From positions 38,993 through 102,992 of the forward strand of contig JAWCLZ010000002.1 in NCBI GenBank assembly GCA_038850275.1: a DNA stretch of 64,000 bases, in the 5' to 3' direction. A program made the translations under genes and the position numbers. This document shows, one piece after another, positions 39,574-49,765 of the stretch (position 1 is the first letter of the stretch; each line of letters opens with the position of its first letter). The DNA comes from Methanocellales archaeon. Its GTDB lineage: Archaea > Halobacteriota > JAWCLZ01. The notes beneath the pieces are model-generated. The model had not been told where the DNA came from and made no database searches. It saw only the letters and a program-made list of their open reading frames with translations.

Positions 39574-40989
39574 TTAAAATTGAGTTAACTTCAGCTGCAT
39601 AGCTCTGCATTTCTCCCCAGGTATCTCAATTGGGTAAATCCCAGTTATGCATCCAAGGCATAAATCGTCAGCTGGAATTCCTATGGATTTGATCAAGCCA
39701 TCAAAGCTGATGTAATGGAGGGAATCAGCGCCCATTAAATATTCCACTGCTTCAATTGTTTTATGTGCTGCAATTAACTCTTCCCTAGTTGCCATATCTA
39801 TACCTAGATAACAAGGGGAGATGATTGGAGGGCTTCCAACGCGATAGTGCACTTTCTTAGCCCCTCCTTCTTTAAGCATGTTTATTATTCTACGTGAAGT
39901 AGTGCCTCTAACAATGCTATCATCCACTACTATAAGTCTTTTATTCTCAATATTCTGGCGAATTACATTCAGCTTGAGTAAAACTGCTGTTTCACGCATT
40001 TCTTGAACTGGCATGATGAATGTTCGACCGACATACCGATTTTTCATGAAAGCTTCAATAAAAGGTATTCCTGAGTACCGTGAATAGCCAATTGCAAAAG
40101 TAGTCCCTGAGTCTGGCACTGGTGCAACTGCATCTGCTTCAACCCCTGCTTCTCTAGCTAGGGTTTCACCTATTCTCAAGCGAACATCGTAAACCAAGCG
40201 ACCATCAATTATAGAATCAGCTCTTGCAAAATAAACAAATTCGAAGAAGCAATGAGCTGAATTCTTAGCTTTATAAAGATGATGGAATTCAGGTGGACTT
40301 CCATCGTTTCTCAGAATCACAACTTCACCTGGTTTTACATCTCTTATTAACTTTCCCTTAAGCGTGTCTATAGCCACGCTTTCACTAGCAATGATATAGC
40401 CATCATCGATCTTGCCGATGCAAAGAGGTTTAAAGCCACAGGGGTCTCTAATTCCAATTACCATTCCATCTATAAGTACAGTTATGGAATAAGATCCATT
40501 TAAACGGCGCATCAAAATGCGAATGGCCTCCAATGGATCATTTGTCTTTATTAATTCCTTTACCAAAATATGGGCAATAACTTCGGTATCCGAGGTTGAT
40601 AGAAAAACCCTCCCCTCTGCTTCTAATTCTCTGCGGAGTTCTCTAGAGTTAACTAAATTGCCATTGTGAGCAATAGCTAGCGTGCCATTTTTATAGTTAA
40701 CTAGCATTGGCTGGGAATTCTCTAAACTTGAGCTACCTGTTGTGGAGTAGCGTACGTGTCCAATGCCAATGTTGCCCTTCAATTGAGCAAGGCGAGCTTT
40801 ATCAAAAACCTCAGGTACAAGGCCCATGCCTTTATGGAAATTCATAGTATTAGAAAAAGTAGCTATACCTGCGCTCTCTTGGCCTCTGTGCTGCACAGCA
40901 TAGAGAGCATAGTAGATGTTTAATGCAGCTAGGTAGTCGTCTTTACCCGAGTTAAGGGCAACTCCAACTACTCCGCATTTATCATGCAA
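39574..40989 (-). CDS. purF: Amidophosphoribosyltransferase
   Basis: CGVVG, QHRGQE, GHVRYST, VDDSIVRGTT, Fe-S cysteines. Confidence 0.97.
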   Translation of the reverse strand: MHDKCGVVGVALNSGKDDYLAALNIYYALYAVQHRGQESAGIATFSNTMNFHKGMGLVPEVFDKARLAQLKGNIGIGHVRYSTTGSSSLENSQPMLVNYKNGTLAIAHNGNLVNSRELRRELEAEGRVFLSTSDTEVIAHILVKELIKTNDPLEAIRILMRRLNGSYSITVLIDGMVIGIRDPCGFKPLCIGKIDDGYIIASESVAIDTLKGKLIRDVKPGEVVILRNDGSPPEFHHLYKAKNSAHCFFEFVYFARADSIIDGRLVYDVRLRIGETLAREAGVEADAVAPVPDSGTTFAIGYSRYSGIPFIEAFMKNRYVGRTFIMPVQEMRETAVLLKLNVIRQNIENKRLIVVDDSIVRGTTSRRIINMLKEGGAKKVHYRVGSPPIISPCYLGIDMATREELIAAHKTIEAVEYLMGADSLHYISFDGLIKSIGIPADDLCLGCITGIYPIEIPGEKCRAMQLKLTQF

Positions 40990-41053
40990 ACTTCCACCTT
41001 AATTAAAATTAATTGACATTTGCTTACAAATATATTTCTAAAGATGATAGTAA

Positions 41054-41227
41054 CTAGTGAAGACCTGCTTTATCCTGCCATTCATAGCTCCTCCAGCGCT
41101 TCGATCTACCAAAGCCACATGAGGCGCAATAGCGCTTGCTTATGTTATAAGAAACGCTACCACAGCGCCTACATTTAACATGCACTGGAGTATGCCTCTT
41201 GCCCTTAGATGGCGTTCCTTTGCTCAA
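41054..41227 (-). CDS. rpl37e: 50S ribosomal protein L37e (absent from the ORF track, 57 aa)
   Basis: Manual translation [62 protein letters not shown] upstream of TTG. Confidence 0.96.
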   Translation of the reverse strand: MSKGTPSKGKRHTPVHVKCRRCGSVSYNISKRYCASCGFGRSKRWRSYEWQDKAGLH

Positions 41228-41239
41228 TTCATCTCCTCC

Positions 41240-41458
41240 TTATGGTGAGACATAAACAATGGTATCTCCTCTTACCACGATTGTACCGAGTTTCTTGATC
41301 ACTTGACCATTGACTAATTCTTCAGCTTTATCCAAGACTAAGTTCATGTGTGGATCATAGCCTTGAAGTTCACCTCTGAACTCCCTTCCACCCTTGAGTC
41401 TAACTATCACAGGCATATTCAATGCTGCATTTAATATATCAAGAGGTCTCTGAGCCAT
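41240..41458 (-). CDS. Archaeal Sm/Lsm protein (SmAP1)
   Basis: RPLDIL, G.L.GYD.HMNLVL, VVRGD; upstream of rpl37e, a conserved arrangement. Confidence 0.95.
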   Translation of the reverse strand: MAQRPLDILNAALNMPVIVRLKGGREFRGELQGYDPHMNLVLDKAEELVNGQVIKKLGTIVVRGDTIVYVSP

Positions 41459-41490
41459 TGCTTTCCTCCATACCTCATTTGTATTCCCTT

Positions 41491-41528
41491 TATATATCTT
41501 ATATATATCTCTATATCTATATCTCTAT
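41491..41528. repeat. TA/TC-rich microsatellite-like low-complexity tract
   Basis: tatatatctt atatatatct ctatatctat atctctat. Confidence 0.7.
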
Positions 41529-41653
41529 CCCCACTGGCATTTATAAAGCCTTTGAGGGTTTAAATAAGCTTCGCTGATGAATTCTTTGGGTAAAACAAAA
41601 AATTTAAACTAATGGAATTATATATAACTTGAGAAAACTGGAGCGTTATATGA

Positions 41654-42142
41654 GTGAGAATTAAATCCCGTCATTTCTTGAGAGATGATGTGGCCAAGAA
41701 AATCATAAACCAGCTAGTGAATATCTTTGGTTCAGAGATCGCGAAGTTCTTTGAAGGCAAGCAGCTTGAGTTAGCTGAAACTGATGAGCAAAGTAAATTT
41801 GTTTTAGTGGATGGTGAACCATTGATTTTCCTATTTGAAGACCAGCCTTTCCTCACACTCAAGGGCGCGTTGAAATTGAAGCCCAAGAAGAGGAGAGTTG
41901 TGATCGACATGGGCGCAGTGAAATTCATCTCCAAGGGTGCAGATATAATGTGCCCGGGAATAGTGGATGCTGATCTTGATATTCAAAAGGGTGACTTAGT
42001 GATCGTTGTAGATGAAGTGCATGGCAAGCCGCTTGCAATAGGGAGGGCTTTGATCTCAGGTGATGAAATGATGAGCGATAGGGGAAAAGCCATTAAGTCA
42101 ATGCACTACGTGGGCGATAGAATCTGGAGGATGGAGATCTAG
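41654..42142 (+). CDS. PUA-domain RNA-binding protein (MCT-1/Tma20-like)
   Basis: SRHFLR, VVIDMGAVKFI.KGADIM.PGI, HGKPLAIG, HYVGD. Confidence 0.9.
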   Translation: MRIKSRHFLRDDVAKKIINQLVNIFGSEIAKFFEGKQLELAETDEQSKFVLVDGEPLIFLFEDQPFLTLKGALKLKPKKRRVVIDMGAVKFISKGADIMCPGIVDADLDIQKGDLVIVVDEVHGKPLAIGRALISGDEMMSDRGKAIKSMHYVGDRIWRMEI

Positions 42143-42206
42143 ATCAATGCTTTAAGCAGAAAATCATAGTCCCAGCTATAGCTATAGAGCTGAGAGTTGC
42201 ATTAAA

Positions 42207-42746
42207 ATGGCTTGGGCAATTTGGATAACTGGTTTACCTAGTTGTGGGAAAACTACTATTGCAATTAAAACTAGAGAGATGCTTGAAAAAAACGGTGTAA
42301 AGGTGAAAATTCTTCAGCTTGATGAAATTAGAAGGGTTATAACTCCCAAGCCAAGGTATACAGAGGAGGAAAGGGATATAGTTTATGCTTCACTTGCATA
42401 TATGGCTAAGCTATTAACAGAATCAGGTGTGAATGTGATCATCGATGCCACTGCGCATAAGCAGAGATATAGAGATCTCGCAAGACAACTCATCCCCAGC
42501 TTTTTAGAGATCTATGTTAAATGCCCACTTGAGATCTGCATTGAGAGGGAGAGGACAAGATTCGCGGAGTATTCACCTCGAGATATATATAAAAAAGCTC
42601 GATTGCCAAGTGCAACTGTGCCAGGAGTAAACGTGGTTTATGAAGAGCCAGAGAATGCGGAGGTAACAATTGATTCAAGCAAACTCAGCCCTGAGGAGGC
42701 TGCGGATAGAATTATTAATGCAATTTTAGAGAAAGGATGGATTTGA
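42207..42746 (+). CDS. Adenylyl-sulfate kinase-like P-loop kinase
   Basis: WITGLPSCGKTT, LDEIR, EIYVKCPLEIC, VPGV...YEEP. Confidence 0.8.
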   Translation: MAWAIWITGLPSCGKTTIAIKTREMLEKNGVKVKILQLDEIRRVITPKPRYTEEERDIVYASLAYMAKLLTESGVNVIIDATAHKQRYRDLARQLIPSFLEIYVKCPLEICIERERTRFAEYSPRDIYKKARLPSATVPGVNVVYEEPENAEVTIDSSKLSPEEAADRIINAILEKGWI

Positions 42747-43564
42747 AGATGAATATTGAAAAATCAATCATAGAGATAGCGCAAGAAGTTCGAGATCGAG
42801 TTAGAGATTATGTCAAAGTGGATAAAACTTTTGGAGAGGAAATTGCCCGCCGAGGCAGCGATGTTACTAGGAAAATGGATTTATATGCAGAGAAAGCATT
42901 AGATGAGGCCTTAATGGCTCGTGATATACGGGCAAGGATAATCTCCGAGGAACTTGGGGAGAGAATAGTACCGCAGGATAAAAAGCCAGAGTGTACCTTG
43001 GTTTTTGACCCAGTGGATGGCTCAACCAATGCATTACTTGGCATTCCATATTACTGTGTCTCCCTAGCCTATTCCCCAAAGGTCAAAGATGTTTCATTTC
43101 ACGACATAGAGATAGGCGTAGTATGCGATGCTAGTGGCAAAACATATAGCGCGGTCAAGGGCAAAGGAGCAGCTTTAAATGGAAATAAGTTGTTCCCGAA
43201 GAAGTATCAAAAGCACAAGTTAGTGATGGCAATTTATACATATGGTGCAAGTAAAATACCAATGGGAGTAATCGAGCTTGAGAAAAAAGTCATCGTGCGC
43301 ATCTTCGGTGCAATTGCACTTGACCTCTGCTTGCTAGCTGAGGGCAAGCTGGATGCTGTGATTGAATCGAGGAATTTAATTAGCGCCCACGATGTACTAG
43401 CAGCTTGGCTCATTTTAAAAGAAGTAGGGGGGAGGATAACGGATTTGAATGGGAACGAGCTTGATTTAGAGGTGACTGCGAGGGGTTTCTCTTTAATTGC
43501 AACAATTGATGAAGCAACGCGGAGTGAGATATTTGAAAAGCTCAAGCTCAAGGGATTTGTTTAG
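42737..43564 (+). CDS. Inositol monophosphatase/FBPase (FIG superfamily) phosphatase
   Basis: ISEE, FDPVDGSTN, R.FGAIAL, HDVLAA..IL.E.GG. Confidence 0.88.
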   Translation: MDLKMNIEKSIIEIAQEVRDRVRDYVKVDKTFGEEIARRGSDVTRKMDLYAEKALDEALMARDIRARIISEELGERIVPQDKKPECTLVFDPVDGSTNALLGIPYYCVSLAYSPKVKDVSFHDIEIGVVCDASGKTYSAVKGKGAALNGNKLFPKKYQKHKLVMAIYTYGASKIPMGVIELEKKVIVRIFGAIALDLCLLAEGKLDAVIESRNLISAHDVLAAWLILKEVGGRITDLNGNELDLEVTARGFSLIATIDEATRSEIFEKLKLKGFV

Positions 43565-44114
43565 TTGAAAAACTCAATAGCAGTTCTTCAAAGGAATCAT
43601 AAACCAACTTCCATTTTCCCATGGACTCAGTTCTCATTAAAATAGTATTCAGCTCTGGAAAAATACCATTGATGGCTTTTAAATCTCTGACTTCATCATC
43701 TATAAAAAAAGCCTCCCTTGGATCTATATTATAGCTTGTGAGATAATGACGCACACACTCAGCCTTGGTATAGCAGCCATAGGAGTTATAAGGCATTAGA
43801 TATATTCGCTCGATTTCATATTCATTCTTAGCCTCATAATATCTCTTGAAAAATCTATCAAGCGCGATCTTAGGGTGCTCTAAGATTTGGGTAACTATTT
43901 TCCAGTGGTTCTCGCAGATTAATACAATTTTAACATTGCTGAGTACTAAAAATTGAAGGAAATCACTTGCTCCTCGCGTTTTTATTATAATTCCATCTTC
44001 AATGTTCCTATTAAGCTGAAGTCTATTCATAAGAGAGGTGAAGCAATATTTCCCATCGCTTCTGCGCCAGAGCGTTCCATCGCCATCGAGAAAAGCAACT
44101 TTATAAGCATTCAT
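43548..44114 (-). CDS. HAD-superfamily (IIIC/MDP-1-like) phosphatase
   Basis: FLDGDGTLW, conserved K, FFIDDE. Confidence 0.75.
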   Translation of the reverse strand: MNAYKVAFLDGDGTLWRRSDGKYCFTSLMNRLQLNRNIEDGIIIKTRGASDFLQFLVLSNVKIVLICENHWKIVTQILEHPKIALDRFFKRYYEAKNEYEIERIYLMPYNSYGCYTKAECVRHYLTSYNIDPREAFFIDDEVRDLKAINGIFPELNTILMRTESMGKWKLVYDSFEELLLSFSTKQIP

Positions 44115-44126
44115 TTACAATCAAAG

Positions 44127-44687
44127 TTATATTTGCAATTTTAAATAACTTTTTAAAATGGGAATACCCCATATGGCAATTAAACCTAGGGTTATAATGA
44201 TCTTTCTAAGCAATGGTATACCTTTGATTATATTCCAAATCGCTTCAGCCATCGATTGAGTCTTGGAGACTCCCCCGTAAGCGATGTTATCACGCTGCAC
44301 ATAAACATGATCTATCTGCACAATCAAAGTTGAGTTAATCTTAAGGTATTCCTGGACAGATTTAATTAGAATTGCTCTATCCTCGCAATCTCCCCTTCCA
44401 TTCTTCAAGGTCTCGCTAGGAGTTGCCCAATATTCTAAGTTGTAATAAACATCATAGTCACTTGCATAGGGTATCTTGCTCAACACATATTCCTCAACTG
44501 AGCTATTGCTATTTGTAGCTTCCATGGCAAGTTCAATCACACTTGGGTCAAATGGGTCTATGAGGGACTCTAAGCCACGTTGTGCTCTATTGATCTGCTC
44601 TATAGCTAATGATATATTTGGGAAGAGCACTATTAACACTAATGAAATTGAAATTATGAACTTGGCTGCTATAAATTTAAGCCTCAT
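44127..44687 (-). CDS. Membrane-anchored transglutaminase-like cysteine peptidase
   Basis: Signal/TM N-terminus, YWATPSETL...GDCED, DHVYV, C-terminal TM. Confidence 0.8.
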   Translation of the reverse strand: MRLKFIAAKFIISISLVLIVLFPNISLAIEQINRAQRGLESLIDPFDPSVIELAMEATNSNSSVEEYVLSKIPYASDYDVYYNLEYWATPSETLKNGRGDCEDRAILIKSVQEYLKINSTLIVQIDHVYVQRDNIAYGGVSKTQSMAEAIWNIIKGIPLLRKIIITLGLIAIWGIPILKSYLKLQI

Positions 44688-44753
44688 GCCACGAATTTTA
44701 GTTAAGAATTTATGCGATAAAATTTTTACCTAAGACCGATAGATTAATTTTGA

Positions 44754-45245
44754 ATGTCTCAGAAGTCTCAAAAATCTATTAAACCAGAGGATCAAAGGAT
44801 AATATCTGAGCACGAGCGATGGCAGCTGCTATGTAAGCTTGAGAAAGAATTAACATTCGCAGGGGTAAGTGTGCCTGAGTCCCTGGAGATCAAAAATGAA
44901 GTTTTCCCTCTTAAGAACTATATCTTTGAAATGGTGAAGCGAAAGGGAACGATTTCAAAGGAGGAGCAAGAAGCTGCTTATAGCTTAATTGCTGAGTTAA
45001 AGCGTAAGAGGAAAGCCTTAATTGAGGAGATAAAAAAAGCTCCTATAACTAAGGAGATGGGAAATCAACTTCTCCAGCAGATATTTGGAATCGATCGCGC
45101 CATAGAGATCCTCTATAACTTAGATAAACCCAAGCCATCACTCGTTGAAGAGGTGAAGAAAGCTAGAGTTGCTGATGAACGAAGATGGCTTGATTTAATA
45201 AAGAGGATCTCCAAAAAAGACCAATGGGATGAGAAATTGCTTTAG
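44754..45245 (+). CDS. Conserved archaeal helical protein (DUF5788-like)
   Basis: ER..LL......G..VPE..EI, GIDRA...L, ADE.RW. Confidence 0.65.
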   Translation: MSQKSQKSIKPEDQRIISEHERWQLLCKLEKELTFAGVSVPESLEIKNEVFPLKNYIFEMVKRKGTISKEEQEAAYSLIAELKRKRKALIEEIKKAPITKEMGNQLLQQIFGIDRAIEILYNLDKPKPSLVEEVKKARVADERRWLDLIKRISKKDQWDEKLL

Positions 45246-45288
45246 TTTATTGATAGGTTTTAAGCTTTAATTTATTGATAGGTTTTAA
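45246..45288. repeat. 18-bp direct repeat duplicating the 3' end of the USP gene
   Basis: tttattgataggttttaa at 45246-45263 and 45271-45288. Confidence 0.92.
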
Positions 45289-46087
45289 CAACCATCACTT
45301 GACAAGGTGATTCCGCGACTACTTTATCTGCAACTGCATCTAGCAAAGCAGCATAGTTTCTATCTCTCTCAGTTGAACCAAGCATTATCAAGTTATATTT
45401 CCCCTCCCTAGCTTCTCTCAAGATCTCCTCGCTTGGCGAGCCAAATAAAACCTTTGCTTGACTTGGTACATTCAATCTCTCAAAGTGAATCTTAGCTCTA
45501 TTAATTATATTCTCAGCACTTGAGCCTCCCTCCCTCAAATTCGCTACATATAAGACAGTTGCTCTCCCTCCGTGTTTTTTAGCTAAATTAGCAGCTATTT
45601 CAGCTGCTTTCTCCGCGTGTTTATATCCAGAGGTTGGCACTAGAATTTGATTGCAATCCAAGCTTACATATTTGCGATAGCTCACCACTGCAACATCACA
45701 AGTGGCATAGCGAAGCACTTCATCCACGATATTTCCAAACAACACACCCTCAGGTTCTAAGCGCTGGCTCGAGCCCATTAAAATTAAATCGCAGCGGTCA
45801 ATCCTCGCTTCCTTAACTATTACTTCTGGGATCGATCTTGCTATGACGATTTTTGGTCTAGCTGCAATACCATTTTCAATTGCAACCGCTGCTGCTTCCT
45901 TCACTAAGTTGCGCGCTCTATCTAGTTTTTCCTCAGCTAGAGTTAATGGATGAGGCTGAGGCACAGCTATGACGTGTAATATTGTTAATCGAGCATTTGA
46001 AGTTAATAGATCCAAGGCTAATCTCACTAGTTCTCTCGCGGTGAGAACATTGCTCACTGGAATGAGGATATTTTTATACATATCCAA
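45272..46087 (-). CDS. Universal stress protein (two USP domains)
   Basis: ILIPV, DLILMGS, FGNIVDEV..CDV; second domain ILVPT, LIMLGS, PCQVMVV. Confidence 0.9.
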   Translation of the reverse strand: MDMYKNILIPVSNVLTARELVRLALDLLTSNARLTILHVIAVPQPHPLTLAEEKLDRARNLVKEAAAVAIENGIAARPKIVIARSIPEVIVKEARIDRCDLILMGSSQRLEPEGVLFGNIVDEVLRYATCDVAVVSYRKYVSLDCNQILVPTSGYKHAEKAAEIAANLAKKHGGRATVLYVANLREGGSSAENIINRAKIHFERLNVPSQAKVLFGSPSEEILREAREGKYNLIMLGSTERDRNYAALLDAVADKVVAESPCQVMVVKTYQ

Positions 46088-46198
46088 CTATTAATTACAA
46101 TTACAATACTTAAATGCTACGTACTATTAGAATACATGTACTATAGATACATGCAATACTCGAACTAGAATTATAAATTCAAATTGCTCAGCTTATTT

Positions 46199-46855
46199 TT
46201 AAGCGCCAAATCTTCGGTTTCTACGTTGGAAATCTCTAATTGCTCTTAGAAAATCTATTTTTCTAAAGTCCCTCCAGCTGATATCTGTGAAGTAAAGCTC
46301 TGAGTAAACTGCTTGCCAAATTAAAAAATCAATCAAGCGCTTGCTATCTGCCCTTATTATTAAATCTGGCTCTATCTTGAAGGTTAAATGGGCCTCGATT
46401 AATTTCTCATCTATATCTTCAACTTCTATCTCCCCCGCTTTGACCTTCTTCATTATCTCTCTAATAGCATTTGTTAATTCATATTTACCTCCATATCCAA
46501 TTACTATTGTGAGCTGAGGCTGACCAGTTTTAATCTCTTGCTGCTTACCCTTGGTAAATATCGCTATGCCTATTTTAGCCATTGAGAATACTTTAGATGC
46601 AGTACTCAAAAGACTTTCCTCAACTTTTTTATTAAGATCCCCTACTTCAACAATGCTAATGTAAACAGTAATATTTTGAATTCCAATTTCACTGCACCAT
46701 TCAACAAATGCTTTAAGGCGCTTCCAAGCATTTTCCTCCATCAAGTTATCCTCAGATATAACTAAAATAATATGCTTGGGGACTCTGCCTTTTTTAACCT
46801 GCTCTAGGATTCTCCTCTCATATATCGCGGTAGCTATTTCTTTCACTATCCTCAA
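46199..46855 (-). CDS. cis-prenyltransferase-like protein lacking the catalytic D-G-N-R-R motif (partner subunit type)
   Basis: PKHIILVISED in place of IMDGNRR; GYGGK.E, EPDLIIR, FLIWQAVYSEL, C-terminal RRFG (RxG). Confidence 0.85.
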   Translation of the reverse strand: MRIVKEIATAIYERRILEQVKKGRVPKHIILVISEDNLMEENAWKRLKAFVEWCSEIGIQNITVYISIVEVGDLNKKVEESLLSTASKVFSMAKIGIAIFTKGKQQEIKTGQPQLTIVIGYGGKYELTNAIREIMKKVKAGEIEVEDIDEKLIEAHLTFKIEPDLIIRADSKRLIDFLIWQAVYSELYFTDISWRDFRKIDFLRAIRDFQRRNRRFGA

Positions 46856-46890
46856 CTCTACAGAAAGTTTATTGACTTTTAAGGATTTAA

Positions 46891-48204
46891 ATGATTAGCG
46901 TGCGCGAGGAAGTTAAAAAGCAACTTTCTTATATATCACTTGGCTTTTCAGCACTCGCGATTCCCTTTCTTGAACCTTGGCAGATTATATTCGCAATTGC
47001 TATCATTACCATCTTAATCATATACATTCCACCTAGAACTAGGTTTTTCACAGCAATAGCTCGAGAGATAGATTTAAAAGCGGGTTTTTTAATCAATGCA
47101 ACGCGTTATAGCCTCTCATTTCTCATCCTAGCGATTCTTGTTTTGATAAACTTCCCCTTGTATTTACTTAGTGCTACAATTGCAATCGTTGCATTTGGAG
47201 ATGGATTAGCTACCGTAGCTGGCTTGGTAGGAGATTTAAAGCAGGAGAAAACTCTTAGAGGTAGCCTTACCTTTTTAATCTTAGGAAGCATAGCTGCATA
47301 TCTATCTTGCTCTTGGTATATACATTGGAGAGCTACTCAAGTATCTCTTGAATCCATATTCTTCTTAGCTGTAGTAGGAAGCGCAGTTGGAGCTTTGATA
47401 GAAGCTGTTTCCACTCAAACTAACCAAGGTTTAACAGTTCCAATTGGTAGCGCTATGGCAATGTGGTTTTTTTCAACCTTGAATTACTCAGTCTCCCCTA
47501 TTTATTTGCTACTTGCGCTATCATTAACGCTTTCAATTGGCATTGCATCTTATAAATCAAATATAGCTGATTTAAGCGGCGTGTTAAGCGGCACGCTTTT
47601 GGGCATGCTGATAATCATATTCACCGATCTACGTTGGTTTCTAGTTCTCCTAGCTTTTTTAATCCTTGGGTCTGGGTTCACCAAGTATAAATATGCCTAC
47701 AAGCTCTCCATAGGCGTGGCTCAGAGCAAGGGAGGTGCTAGGGGGGCGAGTAATGTCTTTGGCAATGGATTATCTGCCTTGTTTTTTGCAATTGCATATG
47801 GTGTTTATAAACAGGAGTTATTCCTATATGCCTTTTTAGGGGCAATATCAACTGCCACTGGTGATACACTAGCGAGTGAAATTGGAGGAACAAGTAAAAA
47901 ACTCCCTGTTTTAATTACTAATTTAAAGCCAGTGCCCCATGGTACAAGTGGGGGGATAACCCTACTTGGCGAGCTTGCTTGCGCACTTGGAGCTGCTTCG
48001 ATTGGGATGTTAGCTATAGCCTTGGCAATGGGTAGTGATTTAGAGCTATTGATATTCACTTTAATAAGTGGAATAGCCGGTGCTAATATAGATAGCTTGC
48101 TTGGAGCCACTCTTGAGAAAAAATATCTCTCGAACTCGATGACAAATCTAGCTGCCACTTTCTTTGGAGGATTAACCTCAGCTACCTTCTTCCTCCTCCT
48201 TTGA
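46891..48204 (+). CDS. Membrane protein: phytol/dolichol-kinase-like N-terminus fused to DUF92 (TIGR00297)
   Basis: GDGLAT, KTLRGS; DUF92 motifs NVFGNG, ATGDTLASEIG, GTSGGIT..GE, DSLLGATLE. Confidence 0.85.
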   Translation: MISVREEVKKQLSYISLGFSALAIPFLEPWQIIFAIAIITILIIYIPPRTRFFTAIAREIDLKAGFLINATRYSLSFLILAILVLINFPLYLLSATIAIVAFGDGLATVAGLVGDLKQEKTLRGSLTFLILGSIAAYLSCSWYIHWRATQVSLESIFFLAVVGSAVGALIEAVSTQTNQGLTVPIGSAMAMWFFSTLNYSVSPIYLLLALSLTLSIGIASYKSNIADLSGVLSGTLLGMLIIIFTDLRWFLVLLAFLILGSGFTKYKYAYKLSIGVAQSKGGARGASNVFGNGLSALFFAIAYGVYKQELFLYAFLGAISTATGDTLASEIGGTSKKLPVLITNLKPVPHGTSGGITLLGELACALGAASIGMLAIALAMGSDLELLIFTLISGIAGANIDSLLGATLEKKYLSNSMTNLAATFFGGLTSATFFLLL

Positions 48205-49765
48205 GGATATAAACTAGAGCTAAAATTGCAATTACTGCAATTGCAACCTCGAATCCAGGTGCTACTCTACGAGTGGGTGTTGGTTGGGGAGGCGTGGGAG
48301 TTTGAGTTGGCAAGCTAGTTGGAGTTGGGGTTACCTCATCGAGATTTGTGATCGCAATTGTACTTGATTTTGCTATAGCGCGATAGTTTTTAATATCCAT
48401 ATAGGTTGAGGTTGCTTGAGGTAGAGTAAAAGAACGATTAGTTATGATCTCGATCTCATATTTCAATGAAGCACTTTCACCTGCCTTTAAAACCAAGGTG
48501 TTTGAAACTAAACTACCATTAATTAACTTAGTGCTTTCCAAGGGTATTTCATCTGAGATGTTAACAGCACAGGTTCTATCCCCTGAGTTCATAGCGGTAA
48601 TCGTTATGTTAATTCTACTCCCATTTTTAACAACTGTATTATCAGCTGTCTTCGTCAGCTCAATATATGGCCCGTGGACGATTAATTTGGGCTCCTCAGA
48701 TTCGATTGAGTAATTAACTCCATTGTAAGTAAAATTGGCAGTTGCCTTTGGAAGAGTATAAGTACCTGGTTTTAATGGTATCATCACATAAAATGGAATT
48801 AATCTCTCTTTCTCAACCCCTGGTTCAAGTACATCGATCTTCATATTAGTCTGACCGCTTTTGAGTTTGAATTCACTTAAAAGGGAATCGTTTATTACCA
48901 CGTCGTAGACTGGGAAGCTTCCATGGTTGCGTATAACCACAGTTACCCCTGAGGTTTCATCCATATATATACCTGTTTCAGTTGGAGTTGGAGTTAAATA
49001 TCCCACGCTACCGGAAACCAATTTTATTATTTCAATCATGGATTCTATCTCTATTGCCTTTGAACCACTCCAAGTATAGGATATATTCTTTGCATCATAG
49101 CCAGTGGCAGTTACATTTATGTAGAGCGTGGTTTTATTAAGCAGTGATGGAGCATTTAATGTTAAGAGTATATCTGGTACTTGCTCACCTCTTTTTATCT
49201 CACTATAGCTCTTAGTTGTCTCCCCCATTATCACTTGCATACCACTAGTATCGATGTTCAATTTAACATCCCCAGCTCTCGCTCCTTTATATGAACCTGG
49301 AGAATCGCTCCCAGTGTTTTTGACCTTCACTGTTACTTGAATATATCTATTTGCTTTATAGCTATTTGCATCAGTGGTTACCTCTATGGAGAGCTCAGGT
49401 AATCCTCTTAAGGTAACATATAGATCGACATAGGCTTTATTAGGGGGCTCGATATATACATTGGAAACATCTATCCAGATTTCATCTTCTCCATTGTAAT
49501 TCCAATGATTGCTTGGATAAACATTCATAATTCTCTGGTCGAGGTAAACCCCATCTTTATAGAGCTTTAGCTTAACACTTTTAATATCACCACTTACAGT
49601 GAAATCCGCGGCTTCAATTGTATAATTTCTAAAATTAGCTTTATCCCCCCAGTAAAGCTTTGCAGATTGCTGAGATTCCATCTCAATTGGAGCTGAGTAG
49701 CTTTTGCAGATATATGGAAGGGTAAATGCAAATAAAGCAAGGAATAACGCTATTCTCCAGTTCAT
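48182..49765 (-). CDS. Cell-surface protein with Ig-like (DUF11/BatD-like) repeats and PGF-CTERM sorting signal
   Basis: Signal peptide, beta-rich repeats, Pro/Thr linker, APGFE + TM + basic tail. Confidence 0.88.
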   Translation of the reverse strand: MNWRIALFLALFAFTLPYICKSYSAPIEMESQQSAKLYWGDKANFRNYTIEAADFTVSGDIKSVKLKLYKDGVYLDQRIMNVYPSNHWNYNGEDEIWIDVSNVYIEPPNKAYVDLYVTLRGLPELSIEVTTDANSYKANRYIQVTVKVKNTGSDSPGSYKGARAGDVKLNIDTSGMQVIMGETTKSYSEIKRGEQVPDILLTLNAPSLLNKTTLYINVTATGYDAKNISYTWSGSKAIEIESMIEIIKLVSGSVGYLTPTPTETGIYMDETSGVTVVIRNHGSFPVYDVVINDSLLSEFKLKSGQTNMKIDVLEPGVEKERLIPFYVMIPLKPGTYTLPKATANFTYNGVNYSIESEEPKLIVHGPYIELTKTADNTVVKNGSRINITITAMNSGDRTCAVNISDEIPLESTKLINGSLVSNTLVLKAGESASLKYEIEIITNRSFTLPQATSTYMDIKNYRAIAKSSTIAITNLDEVTPTPTSLPTQTPTPPQPTPTRRVAPGFEVAIAVIAILALVYILKGGGRR

